Source of the DNA: a virus
DNA: 64,000 nt
IMG/VR virus record: IMGVR_UViG_3300023179_000012
Direction: 5' to 3' (one strand)
A program made the translations under genes and the position numbers. Numbering within the stretch: the stretch's first letter is position 1; each line of letters begins with the position of its first letter. Below the pieces are notes generated by a model, which had not been told where the DNA came from, made no database searches, and saw nothing but the letters and a program-made list of their open reading frames with translations. This document shows, in pieces, positions 1 through 9,348 of the stretch.

Positions 1-280
1 CATCATCTTGCCATTCGTCCTCATCTGGAACCCATGTTTGATCAGCATCATAATCTTCTTCATCTTCCAGGTCTTCTTCTTCTGAGATCATAATAGTAAA
101 ATTATTTAATATTTCTAACATTAGATCAACTTTAAAACTAATATCATTTATTTGTTTTTTAATCTCATTAATATCTTTAGTGAGTTTTTTTTGATCCTTG
201 ATAATATCCTCATCTTGCTTATATAAGTCTTTATGTGATTGATCAATCTTCTTGTAGATATCATCAAAGTCTCTAGACAT
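1..280 (-). CDS. hypothetical protein, coiled-coil with acidic tail (partial, runs off window)
   Basis: Read by eye from ATG at 280: MSRDFDDIYKKIDQSHKDL...EEEDLEDEEDYDAD; no stop before the window edge. Confidence 0.6.
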   Translation of the reverse strand, partial: MSRDFDDIYKKIDQSHKDLYKQDEDIIKDQKKLTKDINEIKKQINDISFKVDLMLEILNNFTIMISEEEDLEDEEDYDADQTWVPDEDEWQDD

Positions 281-289
281 TGTTTTCTC

Positions 290-601
290 CTATTTTAAGA
301 GTCGATATTCACGAATATCGCCATTTTGGTTTATTTTTTGATCCTCGTAAGGTGAGGCGACTCTTCTGTAAAACTCTTGTTTTATATTCTCTAATACACC
401 AGTTATCATCGCTATCTTATTATAAGAAGGAGATCCCATTAGTCCTCCTAAAACTCTACTAAAACTATAATTAATTCGACCAAGATGACTCGCCATATCA
501 TTGGGATTATTTAGGCTACTTTTAGTATCCTTAATAGATGTAATTAAAATATCTATAGCAGTATCTAAATCTGGTCTTTCATTTTCATTAATATAAGGCA
601 T
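290..601 (-). CDS. conserved phage hypothetical protein (DUF6899-like)
   Basis: C-terminal motif KQEFYRRVASPYEDQKINQNGDI recalled from phage proteins. Confidence 0.5.
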   Translation of the reverse strand: MPYINENERPDLDTAIDILITSIKDTKSSLNNPNDMASHLGRINYSFSRVLGGLMGSPSYNKIAMITGVLENIKQEFYRRVASPYEDQKINQNGDIREYRLLK

Positions 602-606
602 AATAG

Positions 607-1140
607 TTAATCCTCACAAGAACAATTATATTTTAAACAATAACCACATTTTGGGCCAGGGTCAGGATTACCCCAAGCGTTGCTTTCACCATCAAAACTT
701 TCTTTACCAGTATCTATGCACACAAGTTTTGATTTTCCTTTTCTTTTGATTAGACCAATATTATACCAATGGCAATCCCAAAATTTTAGTCCTGTTTTTT
801 CTATAATTTCATCTACAAGTTTTTGTATATCTCTCATTGAGATTTTAGTATTTGCTTTGTATGTTTTTGCATACTCAGTAACATAGCCCCAGTCACTATC
901 TTCATAAAAAATTACGCCATCTTCTTCCGCAAAACTGAGTTTACATACTTTACTATAGATTTTCGGGGCCAGATCAAATTTGCTTAATTTTTTTTGTATA
1001 GTATAAGCCTGTTGTGCCTTTTTTTTATTTCGAAACTCTTTGAATAATAAACCCTTCTTATCTTTAATAGGGTAAACTTGACAATATCCACCCTCATCAA
1101 ACCAGTCACTATAGTCTATAAGATAGTCAGTATTAATCAT
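607..1140 (-). CDS. protein kinase-like / phosphotransferase fold protein
   Basis: Gly-rich loop EGGYCQVY, catalytic-loop-like DCHWYN, DTG (DFG-like). Confidence 0.6.
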   Translation of the reverse strand: MINTDYLIDYSDWFDEGGYCQVYPIKDKKGLLFKEFRNKKKAQQAYTIQKKLSKFDLAPKIYSKVCKLSFAEEDGVIFYEDSDWGYVTEYAKTYKANTKISMRDIQKLVDEIIEKTGLKFWDCHWYNIGLIKRKGKSKLVCIDTGKESFDGESNAWGNPDPGPKCGYCLKYNCSCED

Positions 1141-1441
1141 AAATTTTATCTATAATAGTAGAACCCATAATTTCTTGAGCAACATGAATTGCTTCGTTTA
1201 GATCCGTTGTTTCACACAATTTAATTGGGCCTTTTGGAATATCAATCCAATATGATCCATATACTCCATAAAAAACATTTTCTAGAGAATGATCGTGCAT
1301 TAGAAATTCTGTGGCATCATGGAAGATATCCAAATACCATTCGCCATCCTCATCCTGAACTTCTTTTACCGTATCAACTAATACAAAACGAAAGTTTGGA
1401 TGTTTAAAATCTGGATCACTATGAACAATACCCCGATAAAA
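1133..1441 (-). CDS. hypothetical protein (start uncertain)
   Basis: Downstream part of ORF 1133..1537; start placed approximately to avoid long overlap with the upstream gene. Confidence 0.4.
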   Translation of the reverse strand, partial: FYRGIVHSDPDFKHPNFRFVLVDTVKEVQDEDGEWYLDIFHDATEFLMHDHSLENVFYGVYGSYWIDIPKGPIKLCETTDLNEAIHVAQEIMGSTIIDKIYD

Positions 1442-1442
1442 C

Positions 1443-1805
1443 CTATTTGGTATATTTACCATAACTAGCGTATCCTTTCCAATCTCCAGATAAAAATTCT
1501 TCTCTATTAGAATAGAGGGCAACAACCTTGTCATCACTATTATAAGGATTATCCATTAGTTTTAAAGCATACAGATCATTTCTATCATTTAGTAGACCAT
1601 AAGCAACAGGATAATTAAAAATAGATTGTAGTTTTTGATTTTCTGTTTTTAACTTGGCAACTTCGCTTTCACAACTTAGCCAACGCTGATTATCTTCTTT
1701 GAGTTTGTTCAACTCGTCTTTGGCATTATTAACCACAAAACGATCAGCACCATTTGCCCAAGCAAATTCTATAAGAAACTCAATAGGATCAGAATGTTCA
1801 TTCAT
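1443..1805 (-). CDS. hypothetical protein
   Basis: 120-aa ORF in co-directional gene run. Confidence 0.6.
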   Translation of the reverse strand: MNEHSDPIEFLIEFAWANGADRFVVNNAKDELNKLKEDNQRWLSCESEVAKLKTENQKLQSIFNYPVAYGLLNDRNDLYALKLMDNPYNSDDKVVALYSNREEFLSGDWKGYASYGKYTK

Positions 1806-1823
1806 AATTATTCCTTAATTAAG

Positions 1824-1896
1824 TAGGAGTGGTGGGAGTCGAACCCACACTGTACGGATTTTAAGTCCGTTGTCTCTGCCATTGGACTACACTCCC
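1824..1896 (-). tRNA. tRNA-Leu(TAA), short variable loop
   Basis: Cloverleaf GGGAGTG...CACTCCT-A; anticodon arm ACGGA-CTTAAAA-TCCGT; T-loop TTCGACT. Confidence 0.9.
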
Positions 1897-1985
1897 AAAA
1901 AGTAATCGACTATAATAGTCTTGGATTGAGGTTGATTATGTTGTGCCTCTATCTCTGACATATTATAGCCGACTACAAATTAGAT

Positions 1986-2270
1986 TCAACCGTTGTTGTG
2001 AGCCTTCTTTAGACGGCGAACAATCTCAGCCATAGCCTCGATATTATCGACTGTCTTAGTAGGCTTCGCACGTTCCATAGCAGGAAGTTCCTCACCCTTC
2101 TTAGCCAGAGCAGCCTTTGTACGAGCATAACGAGCCATCGTACTAGCGACCTTCTGACCAGTCTTTGTAGCGATTTCAGCATAAGTCTTGGACGAATAAA
2201 CCGCCTCAAGAAACTGCTCATCACTGCAACGAACACGCTTCTGCTTCTCAACATTAGTAACTTCAGCCAT
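1986..2270 (-). CDS. small basic putative DNA-binding (HTH-like) protein
   Basis: TYAEIATKTGQKVASTMARY helix-turn-helix-like pattern; GGAGG RBS and own promoter upstream. Confidence 0.5.
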   Translation of the reverse strand: MAEVTNVEKQKRVRCSDEQFLEAVYSSKTYAEIATKTGQKVASTMARYARTKAALAKKGEELPAMERAKPTKTVDNIEAMAEIVRRLKKAHNNG

Positions 2271-2347
2271 AATCAACCTCCAAATTAAAATCCAAACTTA
2301 CTTCACGGTTTCGGTCACGCGACCTCATCCACCCGTGTTGTACTATC

Positions 2348-2375
2348 ATTCTATCATAGGTTATCGGCTTGTCAA
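2348..2375 (-). promoter_or_regulatory. sigma70-type promoter with CCGATA spacer motif
   Basis: TTGACA-agccgataacctatga-TAGAAT. Confidence 0.75.
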
Positions 2376-2762
2376 CCCTCGACCTTGAATTTATTTTCGT
2401 TTGTGACAAGATTCCTTATTAAATATTATTTAGTCCAGACTCAGCGATTTGATTTTTATAATTCAATTCGTCTTTACTCATAATAGCAAGAGCGTCTGTT
2501 AAAACTTTATTATGAACTTTTAGATTGGCAATTATCTCGTTAGCCTGATTTAGTGCTTTTGTTAGATGATAAACCTTATTGACTAGTTCATCTGTTACAA
2601 AATTTTTCATTATCATAAAAAGTATCCATAGTTTGGAGATACTATTAATTACACTTTTTGTTTTTATTACCAAAAATTCTTTTCCAGTTTTTATCCCAGG
2701 TTTTTTGGTCAACCCGTCTTGGCCTTCTTTTAGATCCCTTGCCGTTTTGGCTCATACAATTA

Positions 2763-3071
2763 TTACCTAAGTATTTTATCTATTTCTAAAGATTCAAAAG
2801 TCTCTGCATTTTGCTTGATTCTATCTTCAGATATTTTTTCTCTAATTAATAGCGTGGCTGAGTTATTATGGTTTAGAATTTCTTGTAGATTTCTAATAGA
2901 ACAAGTCACTGATTCATTTATTACAGTTCTTAATTCTTTATATGTTGATATCTCGGTATTAAGTCTACTAATTAGATCATTGATATGAAGAACAATTTTT
3001 GGATCTTCATTGTATTTATTTACTAGTCTTTGACTAATCCATTGTAAAAATTGTAAATCTTTGTTTAACAT
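2763..3071 (-). CDS. hypothetical protein
   Basis: 102-aa ORF. Confidence 0.55.
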   Translation of the reverse strand: MLNKDLQFLQWISQRLVNKYNEDPKIVLHINDLISRLNTEISTYKELRTVINESVTCSIRNLQEILNHNNSATLLIREKISEDRIKQNAETFESLEIDKILR

Positions 3072-3142
3072 GAGTAGCCTCGTTTTTGGTTTAGACTACT
3101 TTATAGTATCATCTGGATGGTCAGTTGTAAAACTAGATAATT

Positions 3143-3859
3143 TTAACTTTCAAGTACAAAACTCCAGTATCGACTATCTTCTTTATTTTGCAAAGCATCC
3201 CAGTAGATTGAACGAGCAATATATGATGGAACCTTATGCTTGCCACAGTTTACAACCCAATGACGCTCCATCTTCTTATAAGAATCAGTACCACTCTTGC
3301 TCTTATTGTACTTTAAATGTTCCATATCGTAAAGACGCAACTGATGAACATCTCCGCACAAAACTCTTGCCTCATTAGGATGAATCATTTCAAGAGCAAA
3401 ACTAACCTTAGCCAGACCAATGCCATTAATCTTGTTTACGATTTCATCACGCTTCTTGACATGACCCTTTTTGGTAGTAAAATAAAAATCTTTAGGATTA
3501 TCCCAAAACTTTGTGGCAAAATCCCAAATATATTTTGTACGATTATTGTGTAGACCCACACCACTTTTGTGGAGTTTTTCTCTCAGAATATTCTCATCAC
3601 CAAGCCATTCATCAAAATTCTTGATAGCATTATATCCGGCACAATTGCCTTTCCATGTAGTGTGAACGCTGCAATATGCAAAAAGATAACGACGGAAAAT
3701 ATCCTCCATGTTTTGTGGACGCACACTCTCCCAATATTCTTTATAAGATACCACCTTATCTTTAGCAAAAGTAGCAAAGAAAGTATCGGCTTTCGTCTTG
3801 TCAAGAGTTGTATTTTGAATCTGAATAACAGTGTTTTCAACAATCATGGTTTTCTCCAA
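3143..3859 (-). CDS. HhH-GPD superfamily DNA glycosylase (8-oxoG glycosylase/lyase-like)
   Basis: HhH motif INGIGLAKVSFAL followed by VLCGDVHQLR (catalytic Asp); SGVGLHNNRTKYI. Confidence 0.7.
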   Translation of the reverse strand: MEKTMIVENTVIQIQNTTLDKTKADTFFATFAKDKVVSYKEYWESVRPQNMEDIFRRYLFAYCSVHTTWKGNCAGYNAIKNFDEWLGDENILREKLHKSGVGLHNNRTKYIWDFATKFWDNPKDFYFTTKKGHVKKRDEIVNKINGIGLAKVSFALEMIHPNEARVLCGDVHQLRLYDMEHLKYNKSKSGTDSYKKMERHWVVNCGKHKVPSYIARSIYWDALQNKEDSRYWSFVLES

Positions 3860-3872
3860 TGGGTATGCTGTG

Positions 3873-3901
3873 ATTCTACACTACTGGTATCGGTTTGTCA
3901 A
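3873..3901 (-). promoter_or_regulatory. sigma70-type promoter
   Basis: TTGACA-aaccgataccagtagtg-TAGAAT. Confidence 0.75.
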
Positions 3902-3912
3902 GACTCGTTTCT

Positions 3913-5226
3913 TTAAACGGTTCTCGCAGCACCATGTAGAATTTTAAATGTTGGAAAACGCAAACTAATACCACCTTCTTGATTTTTAGTTTCCTCAAAA
4001 TATTGGACTGTGATAATTTGTCCAAGAATCTTTTTAGGGTTTTGATAAAACTCTTGTCTTTGGTCAATAGCAAATCCACTACCAACCCTAACAATATTAT
4101 CCTTGTGCTTAATCATCACGCAACTAAGCATGGTTTCTTCATGTTCTCTTCCATTCAAGACATATCTAAATGGCCCCATTTCAACATCTACTACTTCATA
4201 CTCATCATCAAAAAACTTTTTAACTTTGAGTAGGTCTTTACTTCGCTTGCCTTTATATGGTTCATCAGCACGAAGCATCACGCCTTCCCAACCATCATTC
4301 TTTGCCGTAACAGTCCACTCAGCAAAATGCTCATCATCTTCAATCAATTCTTGATAAAGAACAGTAAGACATGGACATTCGTTGTTTTTCATAACTTCAG
4401 AAAGGTTATTATAGCGGATAGAATAAGGACGATTCTTTTCTCCTGTTTTGCTATAAAACTCATCGTGAGAGATCATATCAAAAATCTTAAAAGACGGATT
4501 CGGAATAGTATGATCTTTCTTCTTGAGTTGTTTCATAACCCCTTGAAAATCTTCATTACCATCTTCGTCTACTAGACAAAGTTCACCATCAAATACTATA
4601 TTTGTAATGCCAAGAGCCTTAATACCATTAGCAACAACGCCAAGAGTATCAAATTCTTTTCCCGTGCGGGAATACAAAGTAGCGTTCCCATCAGAATCAA
4701 CAACAGCAATACATCTAGCACCGTCGATCTTGCGACTAACATACCATCCATCCTTCCAGTCTACAAGTTTAGGCTCATACTTATCTGCCAGAGCAACACT
4801 AAACTCTGGAATAAGGTCACGAATTGCCTTGTTTATAATCTTGTCACCAGCACGGGTTTTCAAATCCTTATCAATTACACAGTGGATAAGTTCCTCGTAT
4901 TCAGAATACTGTTCAACGAAACTATTCACAGCAGCAATAGCATCATGCCCAGTAATTTTACGACTCTTGAGATCATCCAGCAAAGTAAAGAAATTTTTAT
5001 ATTCATTCTTTCGTGCAACCAGATGATTCTTTTTCTTTAGATTGTCGCTAGTAATATTATACTGCCACAATGGATGGTAGGTATAGAGAAGAATTTTCTT
5101 GGTAAACACAGCACCAGTATTATTGATATGACAATAATCTTGAATAATTCCTTCCTTGTCCTTTGTGCTGCTAGTAGCCCTCAAATCACGAACCATTCCC
5201 CAAACATAATCAAAATCGTGAGTCAT
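3913..5226 (-). CDS. lig: ATP-dependent DNA ligase
   Basis: Motifs KIDGARC (I), DGEL (III), EGVMLR (IV), LLKVK (V), LRFPTF (VI). Confidence 0.95.
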   Translation of the reverse strand: MTHDFDYVWGMVRDLRATSSTKDKEGIIQDYCHINNTGAVFTKKILLYTYHPLWQYNITSDNLKKKNHLVARKNEYKNFFTLLDDLKSRKITGHDAIAAVNSFVEQYSEYEELIHCVIDKDLKTRAGDKIINKAIRDLIPEFSVALADKYEPKLVDWKDGWYVSRKIDGARCIAVVDSDGNATLYSRTGKEFDTLGVVANGIKALGITNIVFDGELCLVDEDGNEDFQGVMKQLKKKDHTIPNPSFKIFDMISHDEFYSKTGEKNRPYSIRYNNLSEVMKNNECPCLTVLYQELIEDDEHFAEWTVTAKNDGWEGVMLRADEPYKGKRSKDLLKVKKFFDDEYEVVDVEMGPFRYVLNGREHEETMLSCVMIKHKDNIVRVGSGFAIDQRQEFYQNPKKILGQIITVQYFEETKNQEGGISLRFPTFKILHGAARTV

Positions 5227-5252
5227 CTAAAGTCTCCTTGTGTGAATAATCC

Positions 5253-5281
5253 AGTATACCACACACTTATCGGCTTGTCAA
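5253..5281 (-). promoter_or_regulatory. sigma70-type promoter
   Basis: TTGACA-agccgataagtgtgtgg-TATACT. Confidence 0.8.
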
Positions 5282-5704
5282 GTCGTTCAACTGTAATTTA
5301 TTTAAATGTTCGCTAACTATATGAGCAGAAATAATTTTGATCAAGCGATATTTTTGATTTTCATTTAATCCTTCTTTTTGACACAGATATTCTAAAGCAT
5401 TAATAATACCATCAATATTATCATTAAATTTACCAAGACCAGTATTACATCTATCACATAACCATCCTCTAAAACTATCATTAGTATGATTATGGTCTAG
5501 TACCCATTTTTTTGGTATTATATGACAACATTCACAATCATTAGGTTTTGGTGGGGCTTTTTTATGAAGTTTATTTCTTATTTTAGTATGTTTTTTGATA
5601 CAGGATCGGCATCTGCTATCTAGATTGTCTTTATGAGATATGTGTTTAGGAAAAGATTTCAGATTCTTTCTTTTCTTACAATATAAACATACTTTACGCG
5701 GCAT
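5267..5704 (-). CDS. endonuclease VII-family HNH nuclease
   Basis: CECC...LDHNHTNDSFRGWLCDRCNTGLG. Confidence 0.85.
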   Translation of the reverse strand: MPRKVCLYCKKRKNLKSFPKHISHKDNLDSRCRSCIKKHTKIRNKLHKKAPPKPNDCECCHIIPKKWVLDHNHTNDSFRGWLCDRCNTGLGKFNDNIDGIINALEYLCQKEGLNENQKYRLIKIISAHIVSEHLNKLQLNDLTSR

Positions 5705-5706
5705 AA

Positions 5707-6408
5707 TTATTTTTGATCTTTTTGATCAATCTCATTATACATTTTTGATCTTTCCTGATTAGATTCTCCTTTATCTAAATCGGTATGATCATAATCCATA
5801 ATGTCTGTGTCAGGAGTTACCCATCTCATGTTTCTTTCTGCTGTCCATAGAGTTTCATTATATTTTCTGTGGATCACCAAATCTTTTTTAATTGTAAAAG
5901 AGGGATCGTGCATAACTAATCTATTGTTAGGCTGAATAGCAAAGTTACCATTATCCATTTTAATAAAATGTCCACATTTATGTTGCGATGGAAATTCACT
6001 AAGAGTAAAATCTGTGTCCCCACTATCTGTTGATCCTGCCCAATCAAGAGTAAACAAATAGCGACCAGTATATTCTACTCGTCGGCGTGAAATAAACTTA
6101 CAAGTATGATTTCTTAATACCGGATAAGAAGTAACTGAAACATGATAACTAAATGAATCCCACAAAACCAATTCATCTAATTCCTGTTGTGGACTATCTT
6201 CTTTCCAACAAAAAGCATGGATCGGCATCCTCCACCATAAACCACCATCCTCCATAATAAAATGGAAAAGTGGTGCTTGTGCTGGTATTGAAGTCATGCC
6301 AAAAATATAACATGGAAACTTTTTATCAAAAGAATCTTCTTGGTTTCTCAAAAAGTTGCCACGAACATATCCACCAATTACTGGTATAGGAGTATTTAAA
6401 TATGACAT
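5707..6408 (-). CDS. conserved phage hypothetical protein
   Basis: YVRGNFLRNQ...PLFHFIMEDGGLWWRMPIHAF resembles an uncharacterised family of aquatic phages (recalled). Confidence 0.55.
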   Translation of the reverse strand: MSYLNTPIPVIGGYVRGNFLRNQEDSFDKKFPCYIFGMTSIPAQAPLFHFIMEDGGLWWRMPIHAFCWKEDSPQQELDELVLWDSFSYHVSVTSYPVLRNHTCKFISRRRVEYTGRYLFTLDWAGSTDSGDTDFTLSEFPSQHKCGHFIKMDNGNFAIQPNNRLVMHDPSFTIKKDLVIHRKYNETLWTAERNMRWVTPDTDIMDYDHTDLDKGESNQERSKMYNEIDQKDQK

Positions 6409-6417
6409 AATAATTCC

Positions 6418-7662
6418 TTAAAAAAGCTCCTTAATTACTTTACCGCTGTTTGCTATCTTCATTGGTCGGCCATTTTTAGATGTGAAGGTTGTTTCAAGAG
6501 ATATTCCTAAACTACTTAAGACGCTAGCCATTAAATCTTGAGAACTATATGGTTCTGTGATAACTTCTTTACCATCCTCATTTGTTTTTCCAACAACCAC
6601 ACCGCCCTTAAATCCAGCCCCACCAACCACAACACTCCAACTTCTAGCCCAATGATCACGACCACCATTACCATTTATATTTGGTGTGCGACCAAACTCT
6701 CCCATCCATATAATAGCAGTATCTTGTAGAAGTCCACGGTCATCTAGATCTTCTACTAAAGCACTCATAGCCTTATCTAATTCTGGAAGTTTATTGTTTT
6801 CTAGTGTTTCAAAGATGTTGGCATGATTATCCCAACCGCCCAAATCTACTTCTATAAAAGGAACACCAGCCTCTACTAATCTTCGTGCCATTAAACAACC
6901 TCGACCAAAACCAGTATTACCATATCGTTCCCTAACTTCTGCTGGTTCTTTTGATACTTTAAATGCTTCCATCTGTTTACTAGTCATTAATTTAACTGTT
7001 TTACTTAGAACCTTTAGATGATCACTAGCAAAATCTCCTCGTTTTTGAGATATGAATTGATCTTCTATAGATTTCAACATTGTTAATCTTTGATTGAGTC
7101 TTTGCTGATCTATACCCATATTTAGATCACGAATATTTCCATTGCTATCAACAACAAATGGAGCATAACTCATTCCTAAAAATCCTGGCCCAACACTACC
7201 TCCACCAACACTAACAAACGGAGGAATCTCTAACGATGGAATCTGATCCATTAATTCATGAGATATAACGCTTCCATAACTAGGATAATCAATAGTAGGA
7301 GAAGGAACATATCCTGTGTGCATATAATATCGACCACGACCATGATCTGCTTCTCTGGTACTCATACTTCGTACAATACTTAACTTATCCATATTTTTAG
7401 CAAGCAAAGGAAGATGCTCACAGATTTGAATTCCATCAATATTAGTATTGATAGGTTTAAATGGCCCTCCTGTTACTGATCCAGGTTTTAAGTCCCACAA
7501 ATCAATAGTGCTTGGGCCACCACTCATCCATAAAAGAATAGCACTCTTATGTCGTTTTTTTAAGTCAGAAGAATTTGCTAGTAAAGTATTGGTAAAATTA
7601 GTTGCTGGAATTGCTAAAGATGAAGCCGCTGCTAAATGACTTAAAAAATGTCGTCTATTCAT
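6418..7662 (-). CDS. DUF1501 family protein with Tat signal peptide
   Basis: MNRRHFL twin-arginine leader; WMSGGPSTIDLWDLKPG, GCLMARRLVEAGVPFIEV, GGWDNH, WMGEFGRTP, GRDHW. Confidence 0.92.
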   Translation of the reverse strand: MNRRHFLSHLAAASSLAIPATNFTNTLLANSSDLKKRHKSAILLWMSGGPSTIDLWDLKPGSVTGGPFKPINTNIDGIQICEHLPLLAKNMDKLSIVRSMSTREADHGRGRYYMHTGYVPSPTIDYPSYGSVISHELMDQIPSLEIPPFVSVGGGSVGPGFLGMSYAPFVVDSNGNIRDLNMGIDQQRLNQRLTMLKSIEDQFISQKRGDFASDHLKVLSKTVKLMTSKQMEAFKVSKEPAEVRERYGNTGFGRGCLMARRLVEAGVPFIEVDLGGWDNHANIFETLENNKLPELDKAMSALVEDLDDRGLLQDTAIIWMGEFGRTPNINGNGGRDHWARSWSVVVGGAGFKGGVVVGKTNEDGKEVITEPYSSQDLMASVLSSLGISLETTFTSKNGRPMKIANSGKVIKELF

Positions 7663-7802
7663 TTCTTTTTCTTTTTTGATGGATTTTCTAGTTTATCTAA
7701 TTTTTTTTGTAATTTATTGAAATATTTATCTTCTGCCAATTTTTTTGGGTCATGGTCTTGTTGCTTCTTAAATTTCTTTAGTACTTTTTTCCAGAACTTC
7801 AT
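7659..7802 (-). CDS. small Lys-rich protein (47 aa)
   Basis: MKFWKKVLKKFKKQQ...; its stop overlaps the DUF1501 ATG (ATGA). Confidence 0.5.
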   Translation of the reverse strand: MKFWKKVLKKFKKQQDHDPKKLAEDKYFNKLQKKLDKLENPSKKKKK

Positions 7803-7804
7803 AA

Positions 7805-8158
7805 TGGATGCGGCGGGAATCGAACCCGCGTCCTAGCATACTTCAAATTATATCTTCTACAAGTTTATTATGTTCATAAGTTTTATGAAAGATTAAAGAA
7901 CAAACAACATTCATCTTTCCGTACCAACTAATCTCATGCTAGAACCCGTTGGCTATTCTAGCAGCCGAAGGATTTTACATCAATCTTTTGAACGCTACCT
8001 TCATCGCTTTCTAAGATTGTTGCTGTTATTTAATTAAGCAGCAAGGGCTAACTGAGTATTGCCAGTTAAAGCATTTAATCGACTTTTAAAGTGGCCGGTC
8101 GATTAACCACTACTTGCTAATATAATCTTCTTTATGTAGTCGAAACCTTTACGCACCC
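7805..8158 (-). ncRNA. ssrA: tmRNA, tag (A)GNTQLALAA
   Basis: 5' GGGTGCG...TTCGAC; 3' T-arm GCGGGTTCGATTCCCGC and CGCATCC-A with G3.U70; tag frame 8063-8034 after TTAACT, ending LALAA-stop. Confidence 0.93.
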
Positions 8159-8355
8159 TTATTATTATACACAAAATCCCTGTTTTGTAAAGTCTCTAGT
8201 TTGAGATAGAGATATTCAAAAAAGACTTTATACATAATCTTTTCTTTCCTCAATAGTTTAATCTCCTCATACTGAATAAGATTAAAACCAAAAGACATAG
8301 ATAAAAGACCAATTATTGTTACATAATATGGCATATGTTTGGATCTGTTAGACAT
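8149..8355 (-). CDS. small membrane protein, hypothetical
   Basis: Hydrophobic YYVTIIGLLSMSFGFNLI segment; lies between tRNA-Ile and tmRNA. Confidence 0.45.
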   Translation of the reverse strand: MSNRSKHMPYYVTIIGLLSMSFGFNLIQYEEIKLLRKEKIMYKVFFEYLYLKLETLQNRDFVYNNKGA

Positions 8356-8370
8356 TATTTTCTTTCTAAG

Positions 8371-8642
8371 TAGGGCGTGTAGGAGTCGAACCTACCTTTT
8401 GAATACCTTATCTTACCACTATAACTTTCGTTACCCAATGGTTTGTGGTCTGGACTTTATCTTTACCATAACTTTCGTTTTAGGTACTGCCTGTCAAGTC
8501 TCTACACCTTACTATTTTAATAGTCTTGGCTCGGTATTAGCATTTTAAAGCCTTCACCGAATTTAAGCAGTTCTACTCTACTGGTTTCCCAGTAGGCACT
8601 CATAATTTTAAGAGTATGTGCAACTACCGGCTGCAACGCCCC
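8371..8642 (-). tRNA. tRNA-Ile(TAT) interrupted by a group I intron (exons 8610-8642 and 8371-8411)
   Basis: Acceptor GGGGCGT/ACGCCCT-A; spliced anticodon arm ATACT-CTT^ATAA-GGTAT; T-arm GTAGG-TTCGACT-CCTAC. Confidence 0.85.
8412..8609 (-). ncRNA. group I self-splicing intron (IC3-like), 198 nt, no ORF
   Basis: IGS AAAATTATGAG; AAATTCGGTGAA...AATACCGAGCCAAG (P4-P6); GGTGTAGAGACT (R); AAAGATAAAGTCC (S); terminal G. Confidence 0.9.
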
Positions 8643-8673
8643 ATATTGTGAAAGATCAACCACCAACACTCGT

Positions 8674-8702
8674 ATTATACCTTATCGACCAATCCCTGTC
8701 AA
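8674..8702 (-). promoter_or_regulatory. sigma70-type promoter for tRNA-Ile/tmRNA unit
   Basis: TTGACA-gggattggtcgataagg-TATAAT. Confidence 0.8.
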
Positions 8703-9250
8703 CCCTTGAGAAATTTTTCGTAATAGTGGCGATAAATACTCATAATGATACCACTAGTTGTTCCAACATTTAAAGACCTAACACTTCCATAAGTAGGAAT
8801 AGTCAAAACACAAGCACAAGCCATAAGAATTTTCTCTGACAATCCAGAATTTTCTTCTCCAAAAATAAAAATTGGCTCATCAATATTAGAAAAATCAAAA
8901 CTAAAAGGATCAAATGTCATGTCTTTGTATTCTGGAATATTATTTTCAATAGCAATTAATGTTCGGCCACTTAATGAATGTGATCTAATAAAATCTTCTT
9001 CAGTTTTATGATAATACATAGGAGTATAGTGGTGAGTTCCTACGCTTCCTCTTTTATCCCATTTCTTTTTACCAACATAATGAACGCTACGAAATCCAAA
9101 AAAATTAGCATTACGAACCATAGTGCTAAGATTAAAATCTCCACCAATATTTACCATAGCAACACTAGCAGGAATACTTTTGTCCTGACAATAGTTCGCA
9201 ATATTCTCGACTGCTAAATCTTTAAGACTGTCTATTACGTTCATCTTCAA
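8699..9250 (-). CDS. SpoU/TrmH-family (SPOUT) RNA 2'-O-methyltransferase
   Basis: NIGGDFNLSTMVRNA, FGEENSGLS, SLNVGTTSGI. Confidence 0.9.
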   Translation of the reverse strand: MKMNVIDSLKDLAVENIANYCQDKSIPASVAMVNIGGDFNLSTMVRNANFFGFRSVHYVGKKKWDKRGSVGTHHYTPMYYHKTEEDFIRSHSLSGRTLIAIENNIPEYKDMTFDPFSFDFSNIDEPIFIFGEENSGLSEKILMACACVLTIPTYGSVRSLNVGTTSGIIMSIYRHYYEKFLKG

Positions 9251-9348
9251 GTTCTTTTAATTCTTTTTCCAAAATTTCTCTTTGCTTATACATTTCTACA
9301 CAATTGTTGCAGAAATCGGAACTGATATATTCTCTAATATCAGCGATC

